Shown here one piece after another: positions 1 to 14,400 of a stretch of 64,000 nucleotides of DNA. The stretch is from the human T2T-CHM13v2.0 reference genome, Homo sapiens. Where the stretch lies: assembly GCF_009914755.1 (NCBI RefSeq), contig NC_060940.1. One strand, 5' to 3'. The position numbers and the translations under genes were made by a program. Within the stretch, counting starts at the first letter, position 1; every line of letters begins with the position of its first letter. The notes under the pieces are model-generated. The model ran no database searches. It had not been told where the DNA came from and saw nothing but the letters and a program-made list of their open reading frames with translations.

Positions 1-1434
1 TTTATAGAGACAGGCAAAGTAGATTCAGCATAATTCCTAAGGGCCCTAGGATTTTCAGAATGATACATGAGCACTGGCTTCAACCTGAAGTCTCCAGTTG
101 CAGTTGCCCCCTGACAAGAGAGTTGGCCTGTCCTCTGAAGCCAGGCACTGACTCCTCCTCTCTGGCTATCCAAGTCCCAGATGGCACCTTCTTCCAGTAT
201 AAAGCTGTCTCATCTACACAGAAAATCTGTTGTTTAGTATGGCCACCTTCAGCAGTGATCTAGAACTTCTGGAGAACTTGCTGCAGCTTCTCCATCAGCA
301 CTTGCTGCTTCATCCTGGAGATGGCTTCTTTCCTTAAACCTCATGAACCAACCTGTGTTAGCTTCCAACTCTTCTTCTGTAGCTTCCTCACCTCTCTCAG
401 CCTTCACAGAATTGAAGGGCCTGATCTGGATTTGGCTTTGGCTTAAGGGAATGTTGTGGCTAGCTTGGTCTATCCAAACCACTGAAACCTTCCTCATATC
501 AACAACAAGGCTGTTGTACTTTCTCATCACTCATGTGTTCACTGAAGCAGAAATTTTAATCTCCTCCAAGAACTTTTCCTTTGCATTCACAACTTGGCTG
601 TTTGGCTCAAGAGCCTTTGGCCAGGCCGGGCGCGGTGGCTCACGCCCGTAATCCCAGCACTTTGGGAGGCCAAGGCGGGCAGATCATGAGGTCAGGAGAT
701 CAAGACCATCCTGGCTAACATGGTGAAACCCCGTCTCTACAAAAAATACAAAAAAATTAGCCAGGCAAGGCGGCAGGCGCCAGTAGTCCCAGCTACTCAA
801 GAGGCTGAGGCAGGAGAATGGCGTGAACCCGGGAGACGGAGCTTGCAGTGAGCCAAGATCACGCCACTGCACTCCAGCCCGGGCGACAGAGCGAGACTCC
901 ATCTCAACAACAACAAAAACGACAAAAAAAAAAAAAAAAGAGCCTTTGGCCTATCCTGGCTTTTGACACGCCTTCCTCACTAAGCTTAATCATTTCTAGA
1001 TTTTTATTTAAAGTAAGAGACATGTGACTCTTCCTTTCACTCGAACACGTAAAGGTCATTGTAGGGTTATTAAATGGCTCAGGGAATAGGGAGGCCTAAA
1101 GACAGGAAGATGGGGAAGCCTCCAATCAGTGGAGCAGTCAGAACACACACATTTATCAATCAAGTTTGCAGTCTTTGGTTTGTGGCACTCCAAAATAATT
1201 ACAATAGTAACATTAAAGATCACTGATCACAAATCGCTGTAAGATATAGTAACAAAAAAGTCTGAAATATTCTAACAATTACCAAAATGTAACACATGGA
1301 AGCACCAAATACTGTCAAAAAAATGGTGCTGACAGATTTGCTTGATGCAGGGTTGCCATAAGCCTTCAACTTGTAAAAAACACAGTCTCTGTGAAGCGCA
1401 ATAAAGGGAAGTGCAATAAAATGAGGTGTGCCTG
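1..1434 (-). mobile_element. Tigger1 DNA transposon fossil (continues beyond the window start), interrupted by an AluY
   Basis: Terminal repeat CAGGCACACCTCATTTTATTGC ends at 1434; ORF 249..530 resembles a decayed Tigger transposase ([32 protein letters not shown]). Confidence 0.88.
624..937 (+). mobile_element. AluY nested in Tigger1
   Basis: Alu dimer with AluY-type diagnostics; target-site duplication (TSD) aagagcctttggcc at 609-622 and 938-951. Confidence 0.93.
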
Positions 1435-1761
1435 CACAACCACTGCCCAACTGTGCTTACCGCGCGAAGGAAAATGTTTCAGAGGTATCACAACTTTTTA
1501 GTCTGGAAATCTGAATGATATTTTACTTTTTCACAGTGAGCATGTATTCATGTGGAACTCAGATAACTAAAAAAGTAAAGTTGTATCTGAATGCATGTAG
1601 GCTACAACTAAAAAGGAACATGAAATAAAACAGATGTATAACAGCAGAAAGATTTATGGGTCTAACTCTGTGTCATATTTAGATTTTCTAGTAAATGGGT
1701 ATAGGAACAGAAGGAGAGACAGAGAGTTAGATAAAAGGTGTAGGCTTTGCTGTTTCGAGAC

Positions 1762-1906
1762 CTTGGTGCTGATTAGAGGTGTGATTGCATCCATGGTAGT
1801 AGAGATGAGTGTCACGAACTGCTGCGTGTTCTGCCGGTGAACTTCACTGCAATACTGTGCTAACCAGTGAGAGTAAGCCTGCAGCGCAGCCAGGGACTGA
1901 GCATGC
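1762..1906 (-). CDS. XPO6: Exportin-6 coding exon (probable exon 15, 145 nt; VHAQSLAALQAYSHWLAQY...ITPLISTK)
   Basis: Acceptor tttctgcag|GC, donor AAG|gtctcg (weak); phase 2->0. Confidence 0.95.
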
Positions 1907-2787
1907 CTGCAGAAAGAAAAGAAGATGTGATTTTAAAGGTTAAGGTGAAAATATATTAGCGTTCAACTCATTTTCATAGGAGGTAAGAATTGCATCCACT
2001 GCATTTGCTGTTCTAAGACATGGGCAACAGCATAGAAATCATTTACCGGTTCACGTAGAACCTAAAAACTAAGATATTCATCATCTAAACATTGCCACCG
2101 CTGACTAGAGCACAGAAGGCAGTTAGTCAATGTCTACTGAATCTTATTCAATCTTTCTGTGACACATGCTCACCTAAGAGAAAGGTAAATTATAAAAGCA
2201 AAATCAAAGAACTTAAGTGATCATGTGTTGACTTCAGAACTAGTACAAATTTAACATTCCTAGCTGCAGACTAAAGCGTAGACAACTACCAGGTGTGACA
2301 GCTTTATAAACAGAGCTTTGATGTCAGATTTTGGAGTTTAAGCTTCCACTGCACCACACATTCCACCTGGCTAGGGAATAACTGAGGCGGCAAAGACTAT
2401 GTTTGGTTTCAGCAAAGGCTGTACTGACTGCATCGTACATGCAACAAAATATACATCAAAAAAGTATGCAATTCATCAAATATAATAAACAATCAATCTT
2501 AAACAAGGAGAGACAGTTGTCTCGGAGCTTCAAAACACCAAGCCTTCCAACATACCTAAATGTAATTACCTTTCGGTAATAATTAGTAAGTTGTAAGGTG
2601 GTACTACTATGAGGTGACACAAAGACAGTGTTCCTCATGGTTTGGGCATTTATTAACGACTCCTGCCTAAATCAGTATTACATTGGTGGTTGTGAATTGG
2701 TAATTTTTCTATCTTTCCTTTTCTCCTCATTAGTTGGCAGTCTTCTCTAAAAAGAGGCTTTCCCTCCTCTCATCCTTATTTTGTTAA

Positions 2788-3100
<313 letters not shown>

Positions 3101-3384
3101 AGCCTGTTAATCACTTTGAATGAGTAGATTATTTTCATTCAAACTGGTATAATTCATTATTGTCCTTATTCTTTCTTGATGACTGAACTGTCAAGTTTGA
3201 CCAGGAAGAACCCTTTCAAGCTGGGTCCTGCATCCTCTTCACATGTTCCCAACAGTCACTGAGCACTTCCTTACTTGCTGACTTGGCAAGATTGTCCAAC
3301 ATCACCCCCCCAGACTTGAGCTTTTTTCTCCAAGGTGCTCTGGAGAATGGATTTGAGAAACCAAGACCTGGGGAAAAGGGATAG

Positions 3385-3762
<378 letters not shown>

Positions 3763-3779
3763 TAGACACCATTTTAAAA

Positions 3780-4790
<1,011 letters not shown>

Positions 4791-5221
4791 GAAAATGTGC
4801 TAGTACTTTAAAGTAAGAAAATATAGTTACTGAAAGTTTGAAATTCATAGTGACCACACAGTTATTTTGTATTTTACATTTAAAATTTTATTTTATATTT
4901 AGAATCACATTACCCTTTAAGTTCTAAATACCAAAATAAAGAGAAAGGACATCAAAGTCAGCCTTAGGAGTAAGAATTTCAGTCAATCTAGCACATCTGT
5001 AGAGCTCCTCAAGGCTGAAAGGAGGGGCTCTGAAACTCCCAAAATGTGTACAAGTTGTTGTATTTATAAGGAAACTGGCATCTTTCTTGGGAGATGCTTT
5101 ACAACTTTCTCTAAATTCTCAAAAGGGAAAGCAATATATTTTTTAAAAGTTTAAAACCACCATAGTAAGTAAGATTCTCTTTCCATCGTTTATCTAATCT
5201 GCAGCTCAAGAATGCTCTACA

Positions 5222-5443
5222 GCAGGAGTCGGCAGACCTTTTCTGTAAAAACCCGAGTGTATATATTTTCAGATTTGCAGGGCATACATACACACTGTCA
5301 CAGCTACTCTACTCTGCTGCTATAGTGCAAAACCACTCCCAGACCGTATGTAAATCAATGTAGCTGTGTTTCAATAAAACTTTATTTACAAAAGCAGTCA
5401 GTAAGCCAGATTTGGCAAAGGCCATAGTTTGCCAACCCCCTGC
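5222..5443 (+). mobile_element. MER58A (hAT-Charlie MITE)
   Basis: caggagtcggcagac...tttgccaaccccctg terminal inverted repeats; internal caataaaactttatttacaaaa. Confidence 0.75.
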
Positions 5444-6113
5444 TCTCATCTAAAGCAAGTCTTCTGGGCAGTGAAATCTCTGGGATACTGCCCATCTCCT
5501 GTCCCTGTCCTTCCATATGTCACTTTCCTAACAGCATCCCATGTTATCTGTAGAGTTTCTGTAGGTAGAGAGTGTGGTCTCTAGATGTCCTGCTTCAAAA
5601 TAACCTGGGGTTCTTGTTTAATACGCAAATACCCAAGCCTTATGGCCTTATGCCATTCTGCTAAAATCAGAATCTCTGAGAAACGTGTTCCCCAAGCATT
5701 CTTCTGCATCCTACAGTATCCTACAGTTTTAGTCAATGATCTACAGGAAAGACTGATGGCATCTGAGGTGTTTCCCATTAGTCCCAACACACCTATCCAG
5801 TCTCTTCTTGCACTACATGGAGTAGCCACCTCCTGCCTGTGTGACTGTCTCAGCCTGTACTGTTCTTTCCTCCTGAAATGCCTACTCCATAGAATCTCCA
5901 TCCCAGCTCTCACTTACCTAATTCCACTTTCTCCAACCGCCTCTGCCCCAGACATATAGTCAAAAAAATCTCTCTCTCTTTCTAGGTTTGCAGTTTAAGA
6001 GTTTTTCCCTGATTCATGGCAGCCACTACTGTTCCTTTTTCTCAATCAAATTATTTGGAGATTGGGGGCAAGGTCTTTCCTAAAAATGCACAAACATCAA
6101 ACTCTAGACTTAC

Positions 6114-6206
6114 ACATCAATGAGGTCAGGTTTCAATACTGATGGCACAGCAGTTTCAATGTTGTACAATTTTATCTGAGATCCGTACAGAGTGACTTTG
6201 ACCAAC
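6114..6206 (-). CDS. XPO6: Exportin-6 coding exon (probable exon 14, 93 nt; RLVKVTLYGSQIKLYNIETAVPSVLKPDLID)
   Basis: Acceptor gccaacag|GT, donor TGT|gtaagt; phase 2->2. Confidence 0.95.
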
Positions 6207-6776
6207 CTGTTGGCAAAGAGGCAGGTAAACAAGAACATTCAGCTTATGAACTAAGACAGACAAAACAGACAAGGCTGGTACCAGCAAAGAGCGTAAGGGC
6301 AGACTTTTTCATATACAAAAAAGAATCAAGACCAGACTTTCAATTTTATGCCAAGGAAATAATCTGAGATATGCATAAAGATTTATATACAAGCATATTA
6401 ACTAAAGCCTTATTGAAGGTGTCAAAAACTTTGAAAACAATATAAATATCCAACCCAGAGGAGGTAATACAATGCAATATATACAATAAAAACCATGCTT
6501 AGAGGCATATTTAATGATAAATATTCAGGATGTTTTAAACATGACATGGTTGTACTAAATATACATACAGAATACATCGTGAATGTTCATCTATTAACAG
6601 AAGACAGGCGGGAAGAAGTGTCACCAAAATATGCTTATTGGTACCACTTGTTTTAGGGGGAGGATAGAGTGGGTAGATTATGGATGATTTTTTTCCCTCT
6701 ATTTTTCTGCATTTCCAAATTATCTACAATTAATATATAATGTTTTATAAATGAGGAGAATAAAAAATAGTTCTTA

Positions 6777-7085
<309 letters not shown>

Positions 7086-7555
7086 TTAAAAAAAAAACTG
7101 CTCTTTTGGCAGTTTATCGAAATAGGATGACGTGGGCTTTTCTATAAAATTTGATAATGATAAAACCATCTTAGCTTTTATTTAAAATCATTTTTAAAAG
7201 GAAATGTTTCAGATGGGTTGATACATAATAAAAAAAATACAGCAAACTGTCCACCATAGAATCTATGTGGTGGGTATATGTGTATTCCCTGTACAATTCT
7301 TTCAACTTTTCTTCAAATTTGAAAATGTTTGATAAAACTTTGGAGGAGGCAGATGAAAGGAGCAAATGTTTCTAGAATAGGTGGAGGTGTTTTATGTTCA
7401 AGTACAATTCTTTCAGAAGCAAGCTGTTGAGCCCACTGGTTGCTCAAGGGCTCACTGGATACTAACGAGCATTAAACACAATAACTAATAGCTCTATCTA
7501 GTAGGAAATGGGAAATGCCTCTTTCATTACAGACAGGACAACATTCCTTTCTCTC

Positions 7556-7847
7556 CTCTTTTTTTTGAGAAAGCGTCTTGCTCTGTCAACCAGGCCAGAG
7601 GATTGTAGTGATCTTGGCTCACTGCAGCCTAGACTTCTGGGGCTCAAGTGATCCTCCCGCCTCAGCGCCCCCTCCCATAGCGGGGACTACAGGCGCATGC
7701 CACCACACCCAGCTAAATTTTTTTGTCTTTTTAGTAGAGACAGGTTTCGTCATGTTGTCCAGGTTGGTCTTGAACTCCTGGACTCAAGCGATCTGCTCAC
7801 CTCAGCCTCCCAAAGTGCTGGGATTACAGGTGAGCCACCACGCCTGG
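7556..7847 (-). mobile_element. AluJ
   Basis: Reverse Alu; acattcctttct flanks both ends. Confidence 0.85.
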
Positions 7848-8488
7848 AGTTGAAAGACATTCCTTTCTGAGTGAAGGGGAAAAAACCCAAGACCTGGCTA
7901 GTTTCTCTCTGCCTACTCTGCGTGGAAACCTGGAAATGGATGCCAGGGAAGGCAGTGTTTGTCTTTGTCCCAGCATAACAATCAACTAAGGAACTTGTTA
8001 CAAATACAAACTTGTATTTGTATTTCTGATTGCTGGGGAGCAATGAGAAAGCAATCAAAAAGGAGCACTTCCGGTCAGTCAAGAAAGTGAGGGCAAAAGA
8101 ACTAAGGTTCCCAAAGTCCCACGAAGTCCTCGTGATCAGAACAGTTATTATCAGAAAACAATATACCAATATGCACCTGGTGTTTAAATCCTGTTCTACA
8201 CTAAAAATGCATTTCCAAACATCTTTTAATGTGTCTGTGTTTAGCAGTTCTAATATTAGCTTTGTTTTATGTAACCAATAAATGAAAACACTGCTAATCA
8301 TACTGGCTATTAAGGTCATGTAGTCATAACAAGAGCCTTCTCTCACATTTTATTCTAAATGAAGACAAAATATTAATAACAAGTATGTTTAAGCACTGGG
8401 CTTGGAAATCTAAGCAGTGCAGAAAGATAGGGACCTATCAAATGATTCAGGATCTTTGAGACATCATCTCACTACAAAGTTGAGATGA

Positions 8489-8800
<312 letters not shown>

Positions 8801-9844
8801 CAACTGAACAGATAAGATATATCTATATTGCTTAACAGAGTAAGTTCAAATAATGGACTTATCTTTGGATTTCAGACAGAAAAACATGTCTTATCCCTGC
8901 TAAACCTCAGTGCAAATGGGCCCAGTACAAGAAGAGGAGGAGGAACGGACTGGCAATACAAACGCTACGGTTTGGAAAGCGCACAACATGTGGACCCAGG
9001 AAACTGTTAAAATCCACTCTCCCTCTCAAAGACTGTGTGAACCGAGGCAAGGCACTCACATCACTGAGCCACAATGTACTTACTCAACAATAAAACGGCA
9101 ATGCCTGTCTCTCAAAGTACAGAACAAAATGAAAGACCATGTGCAAAAACACAGAAAATGTCCTACTACTGTGTGCTGTTTTTATTATTAATATGAATCT
9201 GGCTTTTAAGGGATTTAAGCCCCTTGGCTATCTTTGCTTTTCAGCTAAGATGTGGCAGTGAAGTCTGGCATGCATGCACCCAGGCTCCTGAGGCTCACTT
9301 CCCCTCTGCACGTCACCAGTGATGCGGCTGCTGGGCCAGTCGAAGCATCAGGTGTCTTGGCTTTGGGCTGGATCCACATCTACTCAGTTTTGATCTAACC
9401 AATTCAACAGCTGCCTTGAAATGATCTAAATGTCCTGTCACTTACATCTTGGGTTTTTCGAGGGGAGAAAGGGAGGAGGGACTGCTGACTGAGTAGAATC
9501 AAGTGTTCCTCAACAAGTGCATCTGTAAACCTGGTGTGAGACCCAAGAGGAAGGAGAAGAAAAGGAGCCCAGTGGTGAAAGGCTGGGAACCACCTTTCGG
9601 GCCAGGCGTGGAGGCTACCCAGCTTTCACTCCCGAGGCCCTAATGGGACTGGAAAAAACACAAAAAGCACCCTGTGCATCTAGCTGCCTACTTGGACAAT
9701 GGAGTTGACTCCTTATCAGTAGGGCTTTCTTAATATCTCTTTATCCTATGAGGAAAGACATGAAGACTGACCTCTCCTGGTTTCTCCTGGGTCTACAACT
9801 GTGTTTACATTTATACACAAGATCTTCAAAGAAACAATACCTTA

Positions 9845-10070
9845 AATAACTTATCAGGCGTTTTGTTATGTGCTAGGCACAGTGCTAAGTGCTTTATCTC
9901 ATTTAATTCTCACACTAAACCTACAGGAAACAACATCTACTTCATATTGTAAATGAGGGACCTGAAGTTCAGAGAGGTTAAGTAATTTGTTCCCTATCAG
10001 CTTGTATGTGGCAGAGCCTAGATTTACCCGGGGCCAGAGCAGAAGCTATTTGGCAATATGCTGCCCCTCA
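9845..10070 (-). mobile_element. MIR
   Basis: MIR core tgagggacctgaagttcagagaggttaagtaatttg. Confidence 0.65.
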
Positions 10071-10132
10071 CACAAGAAGGTAAAGCTGAACTCTGAAGAA
10101 GGAACAGCTCCATAAGGTAACTGCCAGCCTAC

Positions 10133-10292
10133 CTTTCCACGACTGTGAGGGCATCATTGAACCGTGCAGCAAACACATCCCCGATAAAGTACTCGGCCAG
10201 GCGGCCCACGGCCTGCAGCAGGGAGCTCAAGTCTCTCAGGGAGCAGTGCAGCCGCCGGCAGTCGTTCTCCGCCGTGATGTTCAACCTGTGTC
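10133..10292 (-). CDS. XPO6: Exportin-6 coding exon (probable exon 13, 160 nt; GHRLNITAENDCRR...ALTVVE)
   Basis: Acceptor gtgttccag|GA, donor AAG|gtaggc; ORF 10129..10323; phase 1->2. Confidence 0.97.
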
Positions 10293-11391
10293 CTGGAACA
10301 CAACACGCCAGACAGTTTTTCACAGGAAGACCACGCTTTAGATACTACAGATAACAGCTGGTCCAGCAAGCCACACACAGCAAAACCAGCAGCAAAACCA
10401 ATTCGCGAAACAAAGCAACCCACGGGCTGCTTCCCAGTACTGAGCAGGGAAACTGGGCCCGGTATCCACCTAACACTACACGTTTGTGCTCCAGAGTCCA
10501 GGGACAGAGACAGAGTTGTGGGAAGGGGCAGACAGCCTGGAGTGTGCTAACGTGGAGGGAGCCCCTGATCTGATTCCTTTTGACCCTGTAAGGTCCTGAC
10601 ACCATCACTGTTACATACAAGGAGGCACACCCAGGGAGGCCCAGGCACTTGCCAAGCACGTGTCACATTTCCGGGGCAAGGCTGGTGTTCTACGCTGAGT
10701 CTATGTGACTCCAAATCTGGTTCCTTTAGGATAGGGCCCTATCTCAGAATGAAATTTCCATGGACCAACAGTTAGGACCCGCCCCTGCTAAGAGAGGAGA
10801 GGTACACTCAGCACTCCACCCCTGAAGGCTGGGAGGTGACACAGTATGAAATAAAGAGTATGGGACTTGGATTCCGAAGACACAGATTCCCCGCCACTTC
10901 TGGGCTCAGTGCCTCATACAACCCTCCTAAGCCTCAGTATCACTATTACAAGGGCCATGTTAAAATATATAACCCTCTAAGCTACAGAGCATTGTTCAGT
11001 ATTTCTAATTATTATAAATAACAAAGAACTAGTGACTTACTAAGGTCTGAAATTTCCTTACTTTTCAACACAACTTCTTCAAACTGAATAAGGAGGATGC
11101 TAAGATGAAGGACAAAACATCCTCCCTTGATTCGGTCACTTCCTTGGTTTTTGGATCCCTCTCTTCACAAATGTCCACAAAAGATAGTAAGAATTTTCAG
11201 AGACCTGCAGGAACAGAGACCTGCAGGTCTGATTCAAGTCCTTCTCACTGACACAGCAGGAATGAGGGTGGGGTGGTAACACCACTAGGGCACCGTAACT
11301 AGGGCACCTACGATCCCAGAACTCCCCGGGTACTTTCCACACCTGCTCCCTCCCCCTACTTCAGTTCTCTCCTGTCTCTTAGGAGGCGAGA

Positions 11392-11447
11392 CTCACACTG
11401 GTCATCACCAACCCTCCTCCTCACACTGGTCACCACCAACCCTCCTC
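11392..11447. repeat. 28-bp tandem duplication
   Basis: ctcacactggtca(t/c)caccaaccctcctc twice, one mismatch. Confidence 0.9.
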
Positions 11448-14400
11448 CCGCTGTGCTCCAAAATCAGCTTCCCAGAGCCCAGACTAAGCTTGCAGCTCCC
11501 CTGAAGCAGGTGCTGAAGCCTCTGGAGGCTCTCTCCTGCTAAAAGGGGAGAGCCTAGACTCTCCAGTATCAACTCAGCTCTCTCATGGCCTCGCCACCTT
11601 CTACTATGCCACTATGTCATCCAGATCCACTGGTAATTCCCCAGAGCCTCGTGTCTCTGTGCCTCTGCCTAGACTGCTGATCATGTCATCCTCTGCCCAC
11701 CCAAGCTTTGCAAGCTCCTACATAGCCTCCAGCCTCTCAGGGGCATCCTGTCTCTGTGGGGCCTCCCCACTCCTGCCTTCCTCCTTGGCACCCGTGCCCA
11801 TAAGGAGATAAACCGATGATTTACAAGTCCATCTCCTTACTGACCACAAAATCCCTCGTGGTGAGCAGCTATGTCCAGCAGCCAGCACAGCAGCTGGTAC
11901 AGAGTGAGTGACCGTAAATGTATGAATGATTTAGATGCAACAGAACAGACGGCAAACTAGAGCAGGACAGGGAGTCCCAGGCAGCTTCCTTCCTCACCCT
12001 GTCCCTGGGAATACTGGCATGTATTACTGACAGTAAACACGGATGGGTGGCACCTGCAGAAAGGAAGGGTGGACACCTACAAAGCACGTGGCAAATGAAG
12101 TAGCAGGCTGAATGCCTCGATCCGCCACCAACGTCAAGGGATGAGGCTCGCAACAGTGCCTGCGACAGCCCCCAAAGGAAGACACGAGGCTGGAAGAGGG
12201 GACAGAGGGCCACATCTTAAGGAGCAGGAGAACGAAAGAAGAGGTAACTCATGGAAGGACCTCAGACAGAGAGGGCCAGTGACAAAGGCTGGTTTTGACC
12301 TGTCCCAAATCACCTGGTCCTGCCTCCTCCACTCCACAAGGACAGCAGTGCCCTGGCGCAGAAACAAGATGGCAGCCCTGAAGAGGCTGTGGGTGCAGCT
12401 AATGAGTAAGCCAGCTCCTCCAACCACAGCAACAGAATGACCATCCCACCCAGCCAGACGAACTCACGGAACCAATGAACTGAGAGGGATTTTCATCACA
12501 CTGGTTGTACGAAAGGGAACACAGACTTCATGGGCTACAAAAAGAGACAGCCCCAATCTCTCAGTTAACTGAAGTGCCAAAATTATACACCCTCTGAATG
12601 TCAATGGGATTTTCAAGGTTATATCTATGCAACCAACTCCCAGGGTTGACTTCTAAAACCTGCTCCTCCTCTGCACACCAACCAGACCTCAGGGCTCTGT
12701 GGGAATAAACTCTAATGAAAAATACACCCTGACACTGGGTATAGCATAGTACAGGCCCAAAAAGAGGGGAGGCCAGCTTTTCTTTCTCAGAGCAACACTG
12801 GGGGTCACTGAGTCCGCTTCAGCAGTCCCTGGCACTCTCCACATGCTCAACCTTCATTTCGCACCTCCACCTCCCCCCAGGCTCTACCCTGACCACCAGT
12901 TTCCAACTTCTCTATAGTATCCAATTCCTTCAACTAGGTACCTGCTGAATACCTGAGAACAAGCTTCTTAAGTATTTTAAGTGTACAAGGGGAACACTGT
13001 ATTTGTTTTAAAAACCAAACCAAAACACTACCCTAAATCAAGTTTCCATTTGAGTATGGTCCTTAATAGACAATTACTAGAGAGCTTAAAAGTCGCCCTG
13101 ACCAAGCCGTCCCCTCTGCCCAGCACTTCCCCTGCACACCCGGCCCTTCAGCCTCTTCCTGGACCTCGGCTGAATGCTAGGGAGCTCAAGGGAGCCCTTC
13201 CATCTCTGGACAACTTGGTCACAAACACGGGTAAAGTAAATCTCCCTGTGATTGCTCATCACCCCTGGCCCACTCCTTGAGGGTAGAACACAGAACAAGC
13301 CAAAGCCTGCTGACAGCATGATAGCCCTGGGGATGTAACCCCTCATTACCCTCCTGAGAATCCTTGCCATCCTGATCCCTCCCCTCTGAACTTGTCCTAT
13401 TTTGTCTAGCAAAGAGCAGTACCTAGGATGACAACTATGGGTACCTAGCATCCAGTACCCAGGATGGAAAACAGCTTGGAAGTGCTGGGTGTGTGTTTTA
13501 AACTGTGAGTTTGAACAATATGAAACTGTTGACACTTGATCACTTCTGACCCAACAAAACTGCAATTCCATACAGTTCCACTTCACACATATGTGTATCT
13601 AAGATCCATGTTCATCAAAAGTACAGCTGGTTCTTTCCTGTTCTATCTGCAAGGCAGACAATCGCATGGGCAATAAATACCCCAAATCAAATTCTCTACC
13701 CTTGACACCCCCTCCTTCAGCCTATAAACCTAATTTCACCACCACAAAAGTCACGCAGGGCATCAAGTAAACTTGAGGGGATAGGCCAGTGTCCCACTGT
13801 GAAAAGCTGTTCAGATCCACCCACACTTTCTTCTGTCTGGTCAAGGCTTAGATTTCCCCCCAAAAGCACAGGACATCTGCAAGGTAGAACCTTCAGATGA
13901 GAATAATGCTGAAAGGTTTGGAGGCACAAAACATCATGGCCACACAAAAGTCCTATCTTCCACAAACCAAGTCATTCTAAAGCTGTCTAGGTATGACCTA
14001 AGCCACATCCAAAGAACAGCTCCTTGGCAATTCACTGCCCTAGGGGAAAAAAAAGTCTTAAACATAATTTAGTCTTCTCTTTTTGAGGAGTTGAGGGAGG
14101 TCTAAAAATTAGCATTCAGGCATTTCCCTCTGAGAGAACAAATCATAATCATAAATCATAAACGGACCCAAGCAGAACAAACAATTTAAGTCTAAAAATC
14201 TTACATAAAATGTTGTAGGCAAAATAATCCCTTACACAGGAAAGTTTGCATGGGTAACCAGAAAAGTTAAAGGGTTACTTAGAGGAGAAATACTGTCTCA
14301 ATGAAGGAAGATGCCAATGAGGGGTGGCAGAAGTCAAATACAGAATGGAGGCTTTGGGGTCACATACGGATGTCAATGCTGTGCAAGGGGAACACCACCA

